Origin: Leidyana gryllorum EB-2025a
Lineage: Eukaryota > Protista > Apicomplexa
DNA length: 64,000 bases
NCBI GenBank assembly: GCA_048772705.1
Contig: JBLWGC010000143.1
Coordinates: forward strand, 84,688-148,687
Direction: 5' to 3'
Shown: positions 46,401 through 61,400 of the stretch, piece after piece
Position numbering within the stretch: the first letter of the stretch is position 1
Layout of the letters: every line of letters begins with the position of its first letter
Notes under the pieces: generated by a model
What the model was told of the DNA's origin: nothing
The model's input: only the letters and a program-made list of their open reading frames with translations
The model's database searches: none
Position numbers and translations under genes: made by a program

Positions 46401-49400
46401 CGAAAAAGGGACCTGCGGTGTTAGGTGCCACATAGTGAAACGTTCTGTTTCCACTGATTGAGGAGGAACCTCCTCCTCCCGGTTTGATCGTTGGAATCAT
46501 GACGGGTGAGGTCGTTTGCACGGCGGGGTCTGTGGTGACAGAAGGATCTTCCGGTGATTTCGTCTGTTCCAGCGGGGGGTGGGGTTGCATCACGAGCGGC
46601 ACAGCCATCGGATCTGCAGATCTCTGGCCGGGGAGGAAGGGAGGCTCCATGAAGGCCTCTTCGCAAGGGATCAATATACATCCCGCAGACCGCAGGGAGT
46701 TCAGCACCGTCACTGGCGACCCAGTGCAATCTTCCGCGAGGATAAAGACTTGCCCAGTGGTACTATTCCGGATGGCGGAGACTGTAATGGCGGCCAGTGT
46801 CTCTCCCTCCAGAGTAACGAAAGGATACTGAGCTGTGGCACGCTCATTCTTCATAGCCTTGGCGAGCAAGACATCGACGTCTATCGGGGGGGTGAAAGGG
46901 GTCCACACATCAATCCATCCTTCCGAACGTGGATGCTTTCCCACCGTCAGCCGCACTCTCAAACTCCAGGTGGTAGCTGACAGTCCCCGAGGCCCCTCGG
47001 CTTCCCTGATTCTGTGACTCGGAACCTTAGTGTCCGGAGGTGCCGACAGGGGACACAAGCTCAGAGGAGCCAGACGAATAGACTGACTTGTGTGATGCTG
47101 AGACAGCTCCGCCCGGCATCCCATCAAATTGACAAAGAAGACGGAAGGGAGGATCTCGAGTAAGAGAGTGCTGGGACGCAGATGCTCAACCGGGTATAAA
47201 GGCCAATCTGCCTTCTCATCGGGCAAATGACGTAAATCCGCTGTCACATCGACGGCAAACTGGCTGCGCAGGCGGAAAGTATGACGCGCTTGGTCAAGGT
47301 GGCGAAGCTTTCGGGAGAAAGTCTGGTGTTGGTGATCGTGTTTAGTCGGGCCACTCGAACGGTTGTCTTCCCTGAGAGATGAGTCCGATTGACCGCATAG
47401 CGAAGCTGATGACACCCATAAGATTCTGCTAGCGGACGGCAAAGTGGGTACTTACCGACAGAGTCGGCTCTCGGCCTCCGCGACAACATTTTACTGACCA
47501 TCCGGTTGACTCGTTCAGCAGACCGCGATCGCGCGAACGTTGTCCTCCTCTCCAGAGGCTCGGGTTTAGCTTCGGCCTCGGGTCGGAGCGACTGCAGTAA
47601 GCAACAGTTTGTTTTGATCGAATCTTCACGTGACTTACGTCCTCGATGGTCGCCTTGAGTGCTTTCAGCACAGTGTCCATCCGGTCGTCGGCTCGCGATA
47701 TGGCTTCGGACGTCTTCACCATAACGAATGGGAAGCCTGAACGACTGTCGAACCAGTATAGAGCCTCGCCACGTGTGAGCTGAGGGAGGAAAGAGAGAGT
47801 CGATCAACGATTGCCGGTCCCTACCGCTGATAGGTGGGCCTTGGTGATCTGTTTCGGGTTCGGCCATATAGTCGTGGTGAGAGGAAGGGCTGGAGGTGAC
47901 GAGGGCGACATGGGCCTCCGGGACGGAGTCTGCTGCAGATCACTGCCCGTTCGCAGCCGAAGAGGCGTTCGTTGAGACTCGTGTGATCCCGAGGTGATCA
48001 TACAGCAGATCTTCTCCCATCGGGTGAGATTGCGGCCTTCTTCACTCCCGACCTCATCGGGAATGATTGTGGGAGTAGCCGCCTCTGGCATTGCCATAGA
48101 GGCAACCTGAGCACTGAGATGGCGATTATCTGTGCCACTGCCGATACTGCCGACCGACGCTTGACTGGGCGCAAGAGTGCTGTGGAACCTGCCTTGGCGA
48201 ACAGACTCACGGCCCGCGGCATCAGTTAGTGCAAGCGGATATCTCAATGCAGCAAATATGGACTTTGATCGGGAATGTCGGGTGCCGGTGGGCATTCTCT
48301 CTGACGCAGCGACCAGTGTTCGCGTCTCTTCCACTGGAAGAGTTGAGGTCCCTTTCTCTGCACTGGTTCCAGGGAAGCAGGGTATATTGAGACCGCAGAA
48401 AGGGCTGCCGTCGGCGAATGTTTGCATCTGAGTCCTGTCTCCAGTAGTCATAGGCTGTTCTTGATCCAAAATGCCCAGTCTCATCTCGCTCCACGCTTCA
48501 TCGAGTGTTGCCGTGACGAAAGGTTCGTTTTCCGCTTCCAACTCCGACAACATGGATGGGGCCAAACTGATCACACCTTGCCAGTCATTGGTCTGGGCAG
48601 AGTTCTGACCACACAGCTTGGCCACCTTGGCTATGAGGGCTTCCTTTTCGGCTTGTATTGCCAGTCCCAATGCGATGCCTTGAACTCGGTTCACAATGAC
48701 ATACGACGCTGACAGGATGATCCTGAGGGGTGCTCGCACCTCTGCTAACGCTGAGGTCAAGATGTCGTCGGTGAGGCAGGGATCAAATGTGGTGGTGACT
48801 CGTAGCTGTGAACGCAAAGTATCGGCTGGACCATTGGCGTCGAACATGGTCAGAACCACCTTGGAGCATCGCCCCAATCCTTTGTGCTGGCGGACGTCTG
48901 ATGCCTTGCGACTCTTCTCTTTCCCGAGCAACTTGGTGGCCTTTGTCCATCGCTCGAAGAGATCTTCCCCTCCACTCCAGATGGTGTGGAAGGGCGCTCT
49001 GGTGAGCTCCTTTCTGCACGAGAAGGCACAATTTGCGAAGAGAAGAGAGTCCCAAATAGAGGCTTACGGATTGGCTGCAACTGCAATCTCCAGACCTTCC
49101 GTCGGCAATATGGTGGTGATCCCCAGTCTCCGACCGGGATTGATATTGGCCCGGACAGGTCGAGCATTCGGACTCTTATTGCGCAAGGAGACAGACAGTA
49201 TCATGGGCAGTTGATTCTCGATTGTAGCTCCAGCACACAGAGTCATCTTACTCAACAGTGCCCGAGAATGCCCAGCGACTTGTTCTCCCACCTGTCTCCG
49301 AGCAGTAACCATTCGTGTTTGACTGAGGTGAATGTGTATTGAAATATCACCCTCGCCTCACCGGACAACTGGAATGTGGTGGGTGACGTATCCGTCCTCC

Positions 49401-52400
49401 AGATGGAGGAAGTGGTATTCCAACATCTTCACTTCGCCCTTGAGATCTGTCGGCCAGTCAATACTCACAGGCTGAGAAGTGAGCTCCTTTGACCTTTTGC
49501 GTTGTTCTCGAATCATTTGACTCTCTTCTGCAGCTCCAGAGGGAAGAGGGCCAAAGATCTGTGGGACTTCGACCTTGGTGGCCATGTAGTTTCGGGTATC
49601 AATCGATGCTTGGAGCTTTGCGCCCGCCCACGTGGCACTGCAGAAGGGTATACTGCAACAGTTTGCGGGAACGCCCCGGTTTCGCGGTAAAAGTGTCTCA
49701 AACCAGGGCGCTTCCGTCAAAGTCCCCTGGCTGGATATATGAATCTTGACTGGAACTGGAGAATAGTTCTCCACGTGCAGAGCCGATGAGAAATCAACCA
49801 GGCGGAACGGTGTATTTGCTTTGGGCTTCAGGCGGTTTATTCGCCCGTCAGACACTATCTCAACGCTGTGAGAAGTGACAACCACATCAGGTCCGGCTCC
49901 CTCCCGCCGAGGCTCGATCCCCAAGAGCGTGTGCTTGCCCAATTGGTCGAGGGGCAGACCTCCCACGAAACCGCAGAAGGAGGGTCGGGTTGGGGCCAAT
50001 ATTGAGACTGAAGAATTGATGACGACAGTACGTGTTCAGTACATCTGGCTGCTTTGCACTCACCCTGATCGCTCGCACGGAATTTTGGGTCCTCACTGAA
50101 CCAGTATAGATTGCATCTACCCGAACCTTCCGGGATGGGGATCGGTACACAGACTTGCGGTTTGATCAGTCCCACTCGACCTCGTAGCATCTCGCAAACC
50201 ACAAAGGACCCAGTGCGGTTTCGAATCAGCAGTGTCTGTGACCTCTCCCGCACAAGATCGTTCACCAAAACCAAAGAACTCGGGGATTGAGCGCAAGTCA
50301 TATCCAGAGCTAAGCTGGAGAGGGCATTGAAGAATGGATATGCGAAGGACTCGCCATGTCCCAGGACCCCCATGGATTCGGTGTCGTCGCTGGACCGAGA
50401 TGACATATCATCGGGATGCGCAGGCATGTCCACCAGAGACAGACCGCCTCGGATCGCCCGCCTCCAAAAGTGAGTCTTGCGACGTCTCACAGCGACACTG
50501 ACTTGTACCGTTGTAAGTCCGAGATTAGTGTATGCATCGTACAATGCTCTGCAATGGGCGATCCCCAGAGACACACTCAATGGACGTTCCGATGTACAGT
50601 TCACACAGGTACGTTTGGGGTCCACTTCAGCTGACACTGTCAGTGTCCAGGGATCAATGAAAGCTTCCCAGTCGACAACATGTGGTCGTCGAAGCCTGCG
50701 GGGGGTTATGGATGATATAACGCTGCCGGCCAAACTCCTTCTTACATTACGTCGCATGTCAGAGACACTTTCAGAGATTGCGTGGGGGATTGAGTGGTCT
50801 TATGCATCCCCGGCTCCTTCCATTTGTAATAGGTACTCACGGGGCAATCCAGCTGGATGCTTCGTATCTCGGCGCCACATCGAAGAAATTGATGGTGTGT
50901 TTTGGTCGCCTCGTCTAAGATGGAATAGATCACCTCTGTCTTCACAGGTCTCACGCTCCCCACGATAATGGGAGGTATTTGACGAGTCAACGCACCAGAC
51001 GCTTCAACGTCTTGGTCAGACTGTTGCACAATCAGCGTGTCTCCCTGGACTCGCTGGCTGCAGTCCAGATCTTTGGTCCTCAAAGCAGCAGTACGTCGGT
51101 AGAAGGCAGGCAACACTCCAGCAGTCAGTGGACAGGGCCGATCGTCTGGATACATACATTAAGGATGATAGAACATTGGAGAAATGAGAGGCAACTCACA
51201 ATTGTACAGCAGTGGCTCCCCTTCTTGTTGTAAAAGGTGACTGAACAGAGCGGTGCCATTGATTCCATTTCTCTCCTGCTGTGCGAACGACGACGGGCTG
51301 TACGCCTCGAGTGGAATCGCAGGATCTTCTCGCTACATAAGTTATTCGATGGAGAGGGGGTCGGCAGCTTACGGTTTGCGCCTTTGGGGTGTGTAGCCAC
51401 GCCAGCAAGGCCGAGACGGCACACAAATCACTGGAGGAGATGGCGAGTCTCAGAGGGTCAACTTCACAACCGACTGTCAGCAGCACAGACCATAACGCCT
51501 GCCATTCGGAATCTGTATCGTCTTCCGCAAGATGGACCGGAGCCATTCGAACACGTGCTCGACTCGGCAGAGAGAGGGGATTAGGCATTCTGATAGGTTT
51601 GAGAGAGATGTAGTAAAAGCTGGTGGAGGGATATTCGAGCACTCACCGAGAGCGTACGACTTCTTTGCCATGAGTTTGGAGCGCCAACGCGGCCGCTATG
51701 GGGAAGAGAGATCTGCGGCATAGATTTGCTTTGGTGTTCTCCAATATATGTCGTATTCCACGGGGTTTGCCCATTGTCTGTAACCAGGTGTCCACTGCCA
51801 GTCCGTCCAGCGAAAGCTGGAGGACGGATCCAATCTCCACACTGGTCTGCATAGCCGAGCTCTACGGGGTGGTACATTATCTTCGTACTCGACGATGCAG
51901 TGCGGACTCACCGACTCGCTGTGGACTCGACTCGATTTGGTAAGGCCCAAGTAGCGCCTCGTCCACTGTATCCCAATACCGGCAGCCAAGTGGAAGAAAG
52001 TCTCAGCGGTGGGATCCGCCGCGTCCGTTTGTTCCCACGAAAAGCGTCCAGGGAGAATGACAGAGCATTTCACACCCTCAACTTTCAGCTCAAAGTGTTT
52101 GAGATAACCGGCAAAGTCCAGTTTCCATGGACTATCGCTGTAATTGCTGCGAGGATTGATCTTGAGTTGACATCCTTGAAGCAACGCTACCAGTTCCCAG
52201 GCGTCTGAGATCGAGACATATAGACAGCTATCACGCCGGGCGCTTACTGAGCAGCGACATCATATTCGCCAAGTGACCGATGGTTTCAAAGGCAGCAATG
52301 CCTTCCCCAGCCGTGTCATCCTGAGATCCGGCCTCATCAAAGTCATCTCGCGACGTCCACACCCCTACTTGAGGCGAGTCTGCCTTTCGACGCTCATACT

Positions 52401-55400
52401 CCATGTACGGAGCGGGAGACCGAATGTCTCCTCCGCCTCCGTAACGAGGCCCTCCTCGCTTGTGGGACCACCCCTTGGCTAAGAGGGTGCGGCTCAAGCC
52501 TTGACTTTGTGTTTGCCAGTCTCTGAGCAACGAATTACGTTTCTGTGCCCGACGCCATCCTTCCGGCAGATAGCCGGATTCGGCCGTTTCCCACAGTCGG
52601 CTGACTTCAGTTTCCGTCGAAGGACCCCCCTGCGCGGTTCCATATCGCCTGCTACGTATGAGTCGGTAATCTGACTCCAGTCTGCTCGATGAACTACGAT
52701 CTCCTCTTCTCAAGAGACCTATGGCCGACATGTGATCTCCTGTGGCAACGGATTGCAGGTCGAGGGGGGTAGCGGCGTCAGTGAAGATAGACCCCCGATC
52801 TTGTTCATCCGCAGTTTCCATCATGGCTAACTGGTCTCGAACAGAGTGTATAATATGGATACTTGGCCATCGAATCTCTTCAACTTCCTCTGCACAGCTT
52901 TTCCATCACGCAAGAATCTAAAATCGACTCACCTTCACCAGTCTTCACTCCATTATGGCCCTGCATACCCGCCACCATTGAGAACATGCGCGACTCTAAC
53001 AATGCATTGGCTCGGCGGCTGCCATCCTGCGGTGTTGTGACGCCAGTATTCCCTTTACGCTGGAGGAGTTCACGAGTCACATGCTCAGACAGCAGCAAAA
53101 CACAGACGCCAAGGAAGGATGGGCGTAACGTGACAATTGGGTTCTTGACTTGAAGTGAAGTCCGCATACACGGACGATTGTGACCAGCATCGGTGCTCGG
53201 AAGCTCGAAAGCCGGTTCGGTGAATAGCTCATGCACAACTATACTACCCGACGTCTCATCCTTGAGTGCCAAACGTGTGTCCAGTTGCTCGGTGTCTTCC
53301 AACGACATCGGCTCCATCGAGAAGGCGATATCTGGAGCACGATCTCTGTTCTCGGGGCTGAGATCTGGAGTCTCTGTCAGACATATGGTCCCCGGATCAT
53401 CATGTTCCTCGAACACCGTTGGCGTTTCTCTGGCCACCAGATCATGCTCGAACCTGAGGATCCGACTGGCTTGGCGTGCTGGATGGGAAACGAACTCCAA
53501 GATTTCCATAGATCTGATGCTTCCGCGAGCAGAGTGCTTTGTGCCGGAGTAGGTGAACAAGAACTGTTCAGCAGCCAGACTCAGTATCGGTGCCTCGGTT
53601 GTGTCTCGCAAGACAAGGGAGAAGGCGTCCACTTTGGCTGCTACATATATGTGTTGTTTCTCGCGGACAGCATCCAGGCTCTCCCATTCTAGTATTGGCA
53701 ACGACGCAAACATTGAGGCCAAATCCGTTGATAGTCTGTACGACTTTGAAGGCACCTGTCCTCGTCTGTTGGTGGCAACGCCAGTCTTGCTGGAGACCAG
53801 TAGCATCGATTGGGACATCCTCGATGGTAATACGGCACTGCTGGCCCTTTCAGCTATGTTTGTATCTTTCGCACTGTTGAGCGGGATGGTTCCCATCAGG
53901 TCACTTAGCGCATGCTGATCACGCGGGCGGAGGGGCACTACCCGTCCAAGACCGGGTATTTCAGCACTCATATTCCGACGTAGCGCCCGCCAAAGACTGG
54001 GATGCACTTCCATTTGCGGAATGAGCGCCGTGAAGAGGACAAATCGTTTGGGCTGTTTGGAAGCAGAAGATGCTGAGAGGCCACCGTCCTCATCTGTGTC
54101 TGGAGTGTCGATCTCGCCGTACGCCCGACTCGAGGGCATTGACAGATTGGACCAGAAACTCCCATTTGCCACAATTCTGTGCTTCTCATCTTCGCCATGT
54201 GTCGTAATGAGCCTTCGGCCCCTCGAGATGTGCACTTTGCCCCCAATGAATGTCCCTTTGCACCGCAGGACAACGCACCCGTCAACCCGTGCTGAGTCCT
54301 CAATGAGTCGTGTGGACATCTCGAGAATCTCTCGAGGCGGCATAGGGTACTTGAGATATACATATGTTGCCAAGCGCACGTCTCCCAGGTGCATCTCCAG
54401 CGGGGCGGGAATTAATGGCTCGGGGTCCAACAGAGCACATGTGGGGCAGGTCAATTTGAGATAAGGCAGCCAACACACTCGATCGCCAATTTTGGGACAG
54501 CGTGCTCCTCCTGTGTCGCTTCGCTTGAAGCTGGCCAACTTGGCCGCCATTCCATACAGTGTCTGAGCCCGTCTTCCCCCTGTTGGGCTCCGGAGAGTGC
54601 CTCCGGTTCCGCTCTCGCGACCAGTGGCCACAAGGGTCGGAGGATCACGTTGCGAAGGGCTCATTCGATCGAGTGGCACTACTCTGGAAGCGTCGTTCTG
54701 TACCGTATCGTCATCTTCAGCGGCCTGAGAGCCGACGGTATACGAAGCCATCATGTCGGTGGCCCAGTCCTTCAGCAGTAAGAGCTCAGCGAACCTCAAG
54801 TTGAACTGGCTGGCGGACATTCGCGCTAAGACGCAACTGAGAAGCCTCTGTTGACACGGAATGTAGTCTCCTTTGCTCACCGGAACTCTATTTTGAGAGA
54901 CGGATGACCCAAGCGTTCCTGTACCATCATTTCCATCCGCTGGAGAACCGGTGTTCTCCGCTGGAACTCAACTGCAAGCCAATGATGAAGAGCCCCACTC
55001 TCGAGACGGTTGCTCTCCTTCAAGAGTTCAGTGAGCTCGTCAATGCTCATCTGATCGAAAGTGCCTTCGAAAGGTTGGGGAAGACTGCAATTCACATAAT
55101 GTCGCCAAAAGCGCCCTCTCCCCCCAGTACTCACTCAAAGCCATAGGGTCCCAATCGTTGATATTTGGTCAGTGTGATCATTTCGACTGCATCGATTTCC
55201 CTCAGTCGGCTCTTCGGAGCCATCCAGTGTGCATCCAGTCTCTGCACAGCGGTTCTCTTTCGTCCCTGTTGGTTCGAGGAGTCCCTCCGCTTGTCCTCAC
55301 AGAAAGGATCTACAACGGGCGCTTGAAATATGAGTGTCCCTTGGGGGCCCAGGAGTCTCATACTCAGCAAGTCCAATGCTCCAATTGAGCCCCAAATGCC

Positions 55401-58400
55401 CCCGAGATTCAGCCCAGTGATGCATAACAGCGCGAGCTCGGCCTCTGCACAGAAGTGATGATCATTATGTCTTCGGACTGACACACACACACACACCTGT
55501 TCGCGTTTGAAGTAACTTGACCCGCACGCTGGTGATATTGCAATGTATTCTTTGTCTCAACAAATGCCGACCGAAGCCCTCCTCCGAAGTCACCGCCCCT
55601 GCCGCCTTGCGCGCTGCCACGGTGGATTGCACGACTCGGGCGGTCAGTGTCAAGGACTGCAGATCGCCAACTTGGTCTAGAAGGGCCATAAAGCTCTGTC
55701 CACAGTTGCTGCCCAGCTGGAATATGCGTTGAATCCTATCCGGAGATAGACGGATCATTATGGGATGCACTTTGATCATCGTTTCGGTCAGCAGGTCGCT
55801 CTGAAATCGCGAGAGCCTATGTTTCACATTTAGATTTGGCTCTCACCTCTGCCAGGAACAGAGTTCGTCCGAGATGACGAGTCGCTATTCCGCTCAGAAC
55901 GCCATAGCGTTCCAACGGGGTGAAAGGGAGAGATGAGCTGACGGCATCGGGAGTCATCTACGACAGAACGAGACAAGTTGGATGGACACATTTGACTCTT
56001 CCTACCTCGACAGAATGTTCTTGCAGTGGTCCTGCAGAGGCGACAACTCCTTTCTTCTTCTGTGATGACATGGCCTCGTGACGCAGAAGCTTATCGGCCT
56101 CTTGTGTTGTCGCCAACGAGGCGTCGTCTCTGGCGAATAATGTCATCTTGGAGTTTCCAGCGGCATCATTTATACGTCCGCCTCCGACTCCGCCGGGGCC
56201 ACTGCTGGAACTCTCGACCTCGATGACGGCGCTGGCGATCGATAAACTGAAACGTGTTAGCGGGGGGTAGGATCTGGCGGTATTGAGTCGTGGCCACTCA
56301 GAGACGCGTTTTCGATTCCAAACTGGAGCTCTTCTTTGAACAGCACTGGTGAGAACTGATTTGACTCTGCCGATCTCGAGGGTGAGTCGATCGCTGGGAT
56401 CGAGCACACGGATCGATCCCTTGGAGACTTCGAGATCCACATGTAATGCTCGTAGGAATCGTGGGATAGGCGACAGGGTGGGCGCAATTTTGACGGGGGT
56501 ATCAGCAGAGTGCGGTACGGTTTGATTGCCCGCCAAGGCGAGGCACCACTCGGGCGCTGTGGCACAAGGGTGGCCGACTTCCTCGAACACCAATTGTACC
56601 TTCTGCTTGGAACGCACGTGCGCGCGACGTTTCATAGGTGCCTCCAGAGTGATATATTCTCCATCGATCTTCCACGCATGATGGGTCGCCTGAATACAGA
56701 ATCTTTTAGTTGTTGGGTCCACAGACATTCCTCTCATGACTGGACGGAGATTGGTTCCCGTCTCATCCAAACTGAATACGCTATCAACAAGCATCAGAGC
56801 TTGGGGTGTGATCTCGTCCAAGTCTGAGCTCAGAGCCAGCAGCACCTTTTGACCCCAATCTTCAATAGTCACCGAGCTGCAGGATCCGAAGATCAAAGCG
56901 TTGGGTTTCTCAGCCCCGTCGTGCCCTCCCTGGGCGGTTGAGGCCCGTCGGCCTCCCTGTGATATGGGGCGAATCTCCACCAGCTTAATCAACCCTTGGA
57001 GCGAAGAGGCTCCCGTCCCTGCAGCGTCTCCTCCGAGACCTAGCGCCCGACCCGCTGTTCCCAGCAGGACGAGACGCTGCATATGTTCCGGGAGACTGTC
57101 ACTGGCTGTGTCTGGAGACGCTTGAGGGTCGTGTTGTGACCCAAGCCATCCATCTGCAGGTGTATTCAATGAGCGAGGAGTCAGGTCGCCCATTTGGTGT
57201 GAACTTCTGACCGAGTCGGAGCCAAGTTGGCTGCGAGACCCACTGCTGCGCACACTGCTGGGTGTCAGCCCTAAAGCTTGCCGCTTCTCCCCAGAAAACG
57301 CCGGACTGAGCATCTCCAAGAGAGATATGTCGTCAGTCCCAGCGAGATCGACCGTCTTTGTAGCTTCGGGGTGGGTCAAAACAGCAGAGAGTAACGCCTG
57401 CTTATTGAAGCCCGCCACCAACGGCAGAAATACAGCGGTCATATATATGTCTCCCAACGTCGGGAATAGACTACAATCCAAAGTCACTTCGAAATTGGAT
57501 ACTTGGAGACGTGACGATTTATCGATGATATGTCGACTGGTTGGATCGAGGGCTCCCCCAAAGGGATCAGACTTGAAGTCGACCGCCATGTTATCAAAGG
57601 TAATCAGGTTGCGGACCTGACTGGTCTCAGTCACAATGGAGTACGCATGCCCAACGTTCTCCACAGAGGATGACAAGGCGGGCTCATCGGGGCTTTCCGC
57701 CAGAGCTTCGTCCCCCCCATCCTCTGTCAGTGGAGTGGTGTCTGCCGGCGATGGACTGTGTTGCGTCGTAGGAGAGTCTGGAGTGCTCGCGCCGATACCC
57801 GACACATCACTATATCCTGACGCCTCGATTTCGGCCTCAGGCATCACCGATACAGATCCTCTCTGGACCCCAATCGAGATCGATGACTGTCCGGTAATGC
57901 TAGTTGCCATGTGCAATGTCAATTGAACACCCTGACGAAAGCCAGAGAATATGGCGATGTGTCATTCCACGCAGTGACCCGACTCACTTGGAGATTAGCG
58001 ACCATTTGCAGAGTGCTGGTGCTCGCTTCCGACAGCAGGTCGTGGTCCATGGGCCCAGCGAAGGTCGTCGAGGAGGTATCACTGCTCTCCTTACTCAAAG
58101 TCCCTACTTCGTCAGCCGGCAGTTGGGAGTTTGAGTCCCAGGCTTCGTGCTCTCGCCCAGATGATAGGGGACTGGCTCCCCCCTGGTCACCCAGGGCACT
58201 CGTGTGAAGAAACACATCCGACGGCACGCGGAACATTGGTAACGGATCGTGTGTTCCTGCAGTCTCCATGCGAGCCGTCTCGTGCCCCTGGTGCTTCAAA
58301 GACTCAGAAGCCGACTTGGACTGGATGTTGCTGCCAATCGGAGATAAGATGAAACAGAAACTCTTGCAGTTGAGTCTGATGCTCAGAGTCTTCGGTTTCA

Positions 58401-61400
58401 ACAAGGGTTCCATACACAGACTCAGCGCCTGTTCAATCTCCAGATTCCGTCTGCAGGCATCCCAGGTTTACCTAAGAACGATCAATGCAGCACTCGAACT
58501 CACCTGTCAATCTCCCGCTCGTCTGTTTCAATATCACGGATTGTTTCTTCTCCATTTTCCCTCTTATTCGCCATATACGGTAAGCCCAGAGTTTGGAACA
58601 AAGACTTGAGAGGATTGGATTTCGATTGTCCTTCATTTCGAATCAGCAAGTTGCTATCCTCCCCGTGAAGACTCGGAGGGATGCCTAGAATCCCCATCGC
58701 ATTAGAGAGGTTAGAAAAGACGCGCTGAAAGTATCACAGTCACCGCAGATCAGATTTCGCCTCAAAACTCACCTGATTAAGTTGATCTACAACAAATCGA
58801 TCTCCAGCGATAGTCCAGTCGGTTGGGGGTAAGAAGGGGAAGCTTGGGGCCGGCAAACTGAGGCTCACGGGGAATATCATGTAGATACGCGCACAGTTCT
58901 CCCAACACGAGACAGCCGAGTTGCGAGTGTCACAAAGGGCTCCCAATGAAAGAAGCGATGGCTCGGATGCACGCAACGTACATCCCCCTATGTTGAGGGA
59001 GAGGCCACCCGCTTCGTAATAGTAAGCAGTAATGAAAGACAAATTCGGGTCTGCGGCTCCGACTTCAGCCGTATGACTCCAGAAACAAACAGCTGCGTGG
59101 CAAAAGAACGGTTGCAAGCCGCTAATAGCTCACTCACCACGTGGTAATAGCGGCTTGGGATGCCCACACACGAGCTCCAAACTCCCAAGTGACATTCCCA
59201 TCACGAGATCAGAGCGGAGTTCTCTGGCGTGGGCGGGTTTCTCGCCTCCATGGAGCGTAGAAGTCGGTATCTCGTCCGAGAACATCATCACTCGGCGACT
59301 TCGTGAAGGCGAGTGTCCCGCCAGCGCTCCCTTACGTTCATGACTTGTCATCAAGGTGCTCCCATCAGTGATTGTTTCACGTCCACCAGCAAGGCCGGCC
59401 TCGAAACATAACTGGCGAAGACTCAAAGTGAAGATACTGGGATAAAAGCTCGAGATTCCCCCGAATGCTGGCCCACCATCGCCCAAGAGTCCAGGGTGAC
59501 TGATACTGGTGTCTCCAGGCGTCCGGGGGTCTCTGGGGCTCGGGCTCAGACCGCGGTCGCGATATATGTTGCGGAATGCGTCAGTTCCCAAATGGATCGT
59601 AAAGTTCTCGAATTCAGCGACGAGATACCAACGGAAGTGTTTCATGAAGATTCGGCCCATTTCCTGTTCGATCACCTAAGACCGCCCTGAGTGGATGAAG
59701 AATGCCTTTAAACTTACCATCAGAGCATCGCTTTCATTCGTTTGATGCAACTCGAATGCCGTTACGTCCTTTCCACCTTCCGGATGTTTGTCAAAGTCGT
59801 CTCGATGCCGCTTGGGAAGCAAACGAGGGCCCCGATCGCCTAGCACTCCTCGCACCCTCTCTGTCATATTCGCAACCACATTATTCCCCATCTGCCAGAG
59901 AGGAGCCGCAGCGTTGACTGTGTGACCTCCCCCTCGGAGTAGAGAGACGACCTTCCCTCGAAGATTGTGCAAGTACCCAGTGGCACCGCCGATTGTGTGC
60001 TTGTGATCTCCATTCTCCGCCTGCGAAGCGCTCTTGGAGTTTCTGAAAAGAGGATGGCTTACGCCTAATGGCTGAGGGGCCTGTAGTGTCACATCGACGT
60101 CCATCAGATCGGGAAGTAAGTACTCCTCATCAGCTTGGTAGAACGCAGACTCGTAAGAGGTGTCCCTGTTTCTACCTTCACGTCTCTTAAATCCACTGAG
60201 CTTGTCAGCCCAGGCTCGAAGTCGTCCGGGTTCCGCGGGTGGATCTGGCTGAAATCTATAGACGAACACAGCAAAACACGATCGAACGTACCACATTGTC
60301 CAGGAAGGTCACAGGGGGGTTAGCTAGAAAGGCAGACATGGCCGACAGATCTTCTGGGAGCTTGCGTTGTCGTCGCTGATCAATACGACGTCGGAGGGGC
60401 TTTGAGAGTTGGCCCAAAGCTTCGTGGATTGCAGCATAGGCCTCTCTCATACCCAATCCCCAAAAGTAGTGTTCATCTGCGTCGGTTTTCGTAGCCTTTC
60501 TCCGTCGAACTGGTTCGGTCCAGTTCTGCACCCATAGAACGTTTTCAACAGCCGAAAGCTATCAGCGGAACTCACCAAGTTGCTATCGTAATAGGTACTC
60601 TCAGCGAGGGCGGGGTCTCCGAGAGCACACCGAGTCCAGAAGAGCAGCAAACTTTGGGGCACGGAGGGGTCGTGGATGTAATCTTCCATAGCCTCCTCGA
60701 GAGTATCCTTAAGATTCGGATACAGCTGAGTCAGCATAAATGTTCACTTGCGCTCGTCAACTCACCGAGCGAAGAACAAACTGACGGACTCGAATCATCT
60801 GGACCGCCCGCACCAACAAGCAATAGTCTTTGCGCGCTTGGAGTAAGTAGCTGACGTAATCACTTTTCCACCAATACTTCAATGGATCGGACGCTTCTTG
60901 ACAGAACCGAATACATCTGACGGCATAGCGCCACCATTCGCGTGCGTTCTCCTTGCAAGGCCGATTCGCCGGTCTCCTGCAGATAGTCGGCATCAACGGA
61001 GCCAACTGACAAGTCTGGTCACGGAATCTTGCCCAATGCTTGGCGTACATCTCCACGTAGGGCACAACATGCATAAGGCCAAGCGGCACGTGGATTTTCA
61101 TATCCGAGAGCGACAGTTCAGCAGATACTGTGGCATCCATGTCGCTATCGGGGCTCCGACAGCCCATACGAATCCTCTCTGAGGTCCCAGTCATGTGGCC
61201 GACGACACCCGGGCGGAGTGTGTGTTACCTGGCGCCAATACATATTCCGTGGTGTTGGAGACATACTCCTGATACACTTTGCCATCATCCTCTGTGGATG
61301 TGTATCCTGGGATCAGCATAGGGGTCTGGTGAAGTCGCTGTGTGAACAAGGCTCCCAGCGAGTCGAATCGGTTTCTGTGAGGCAGAGGGCTCGCGTACAG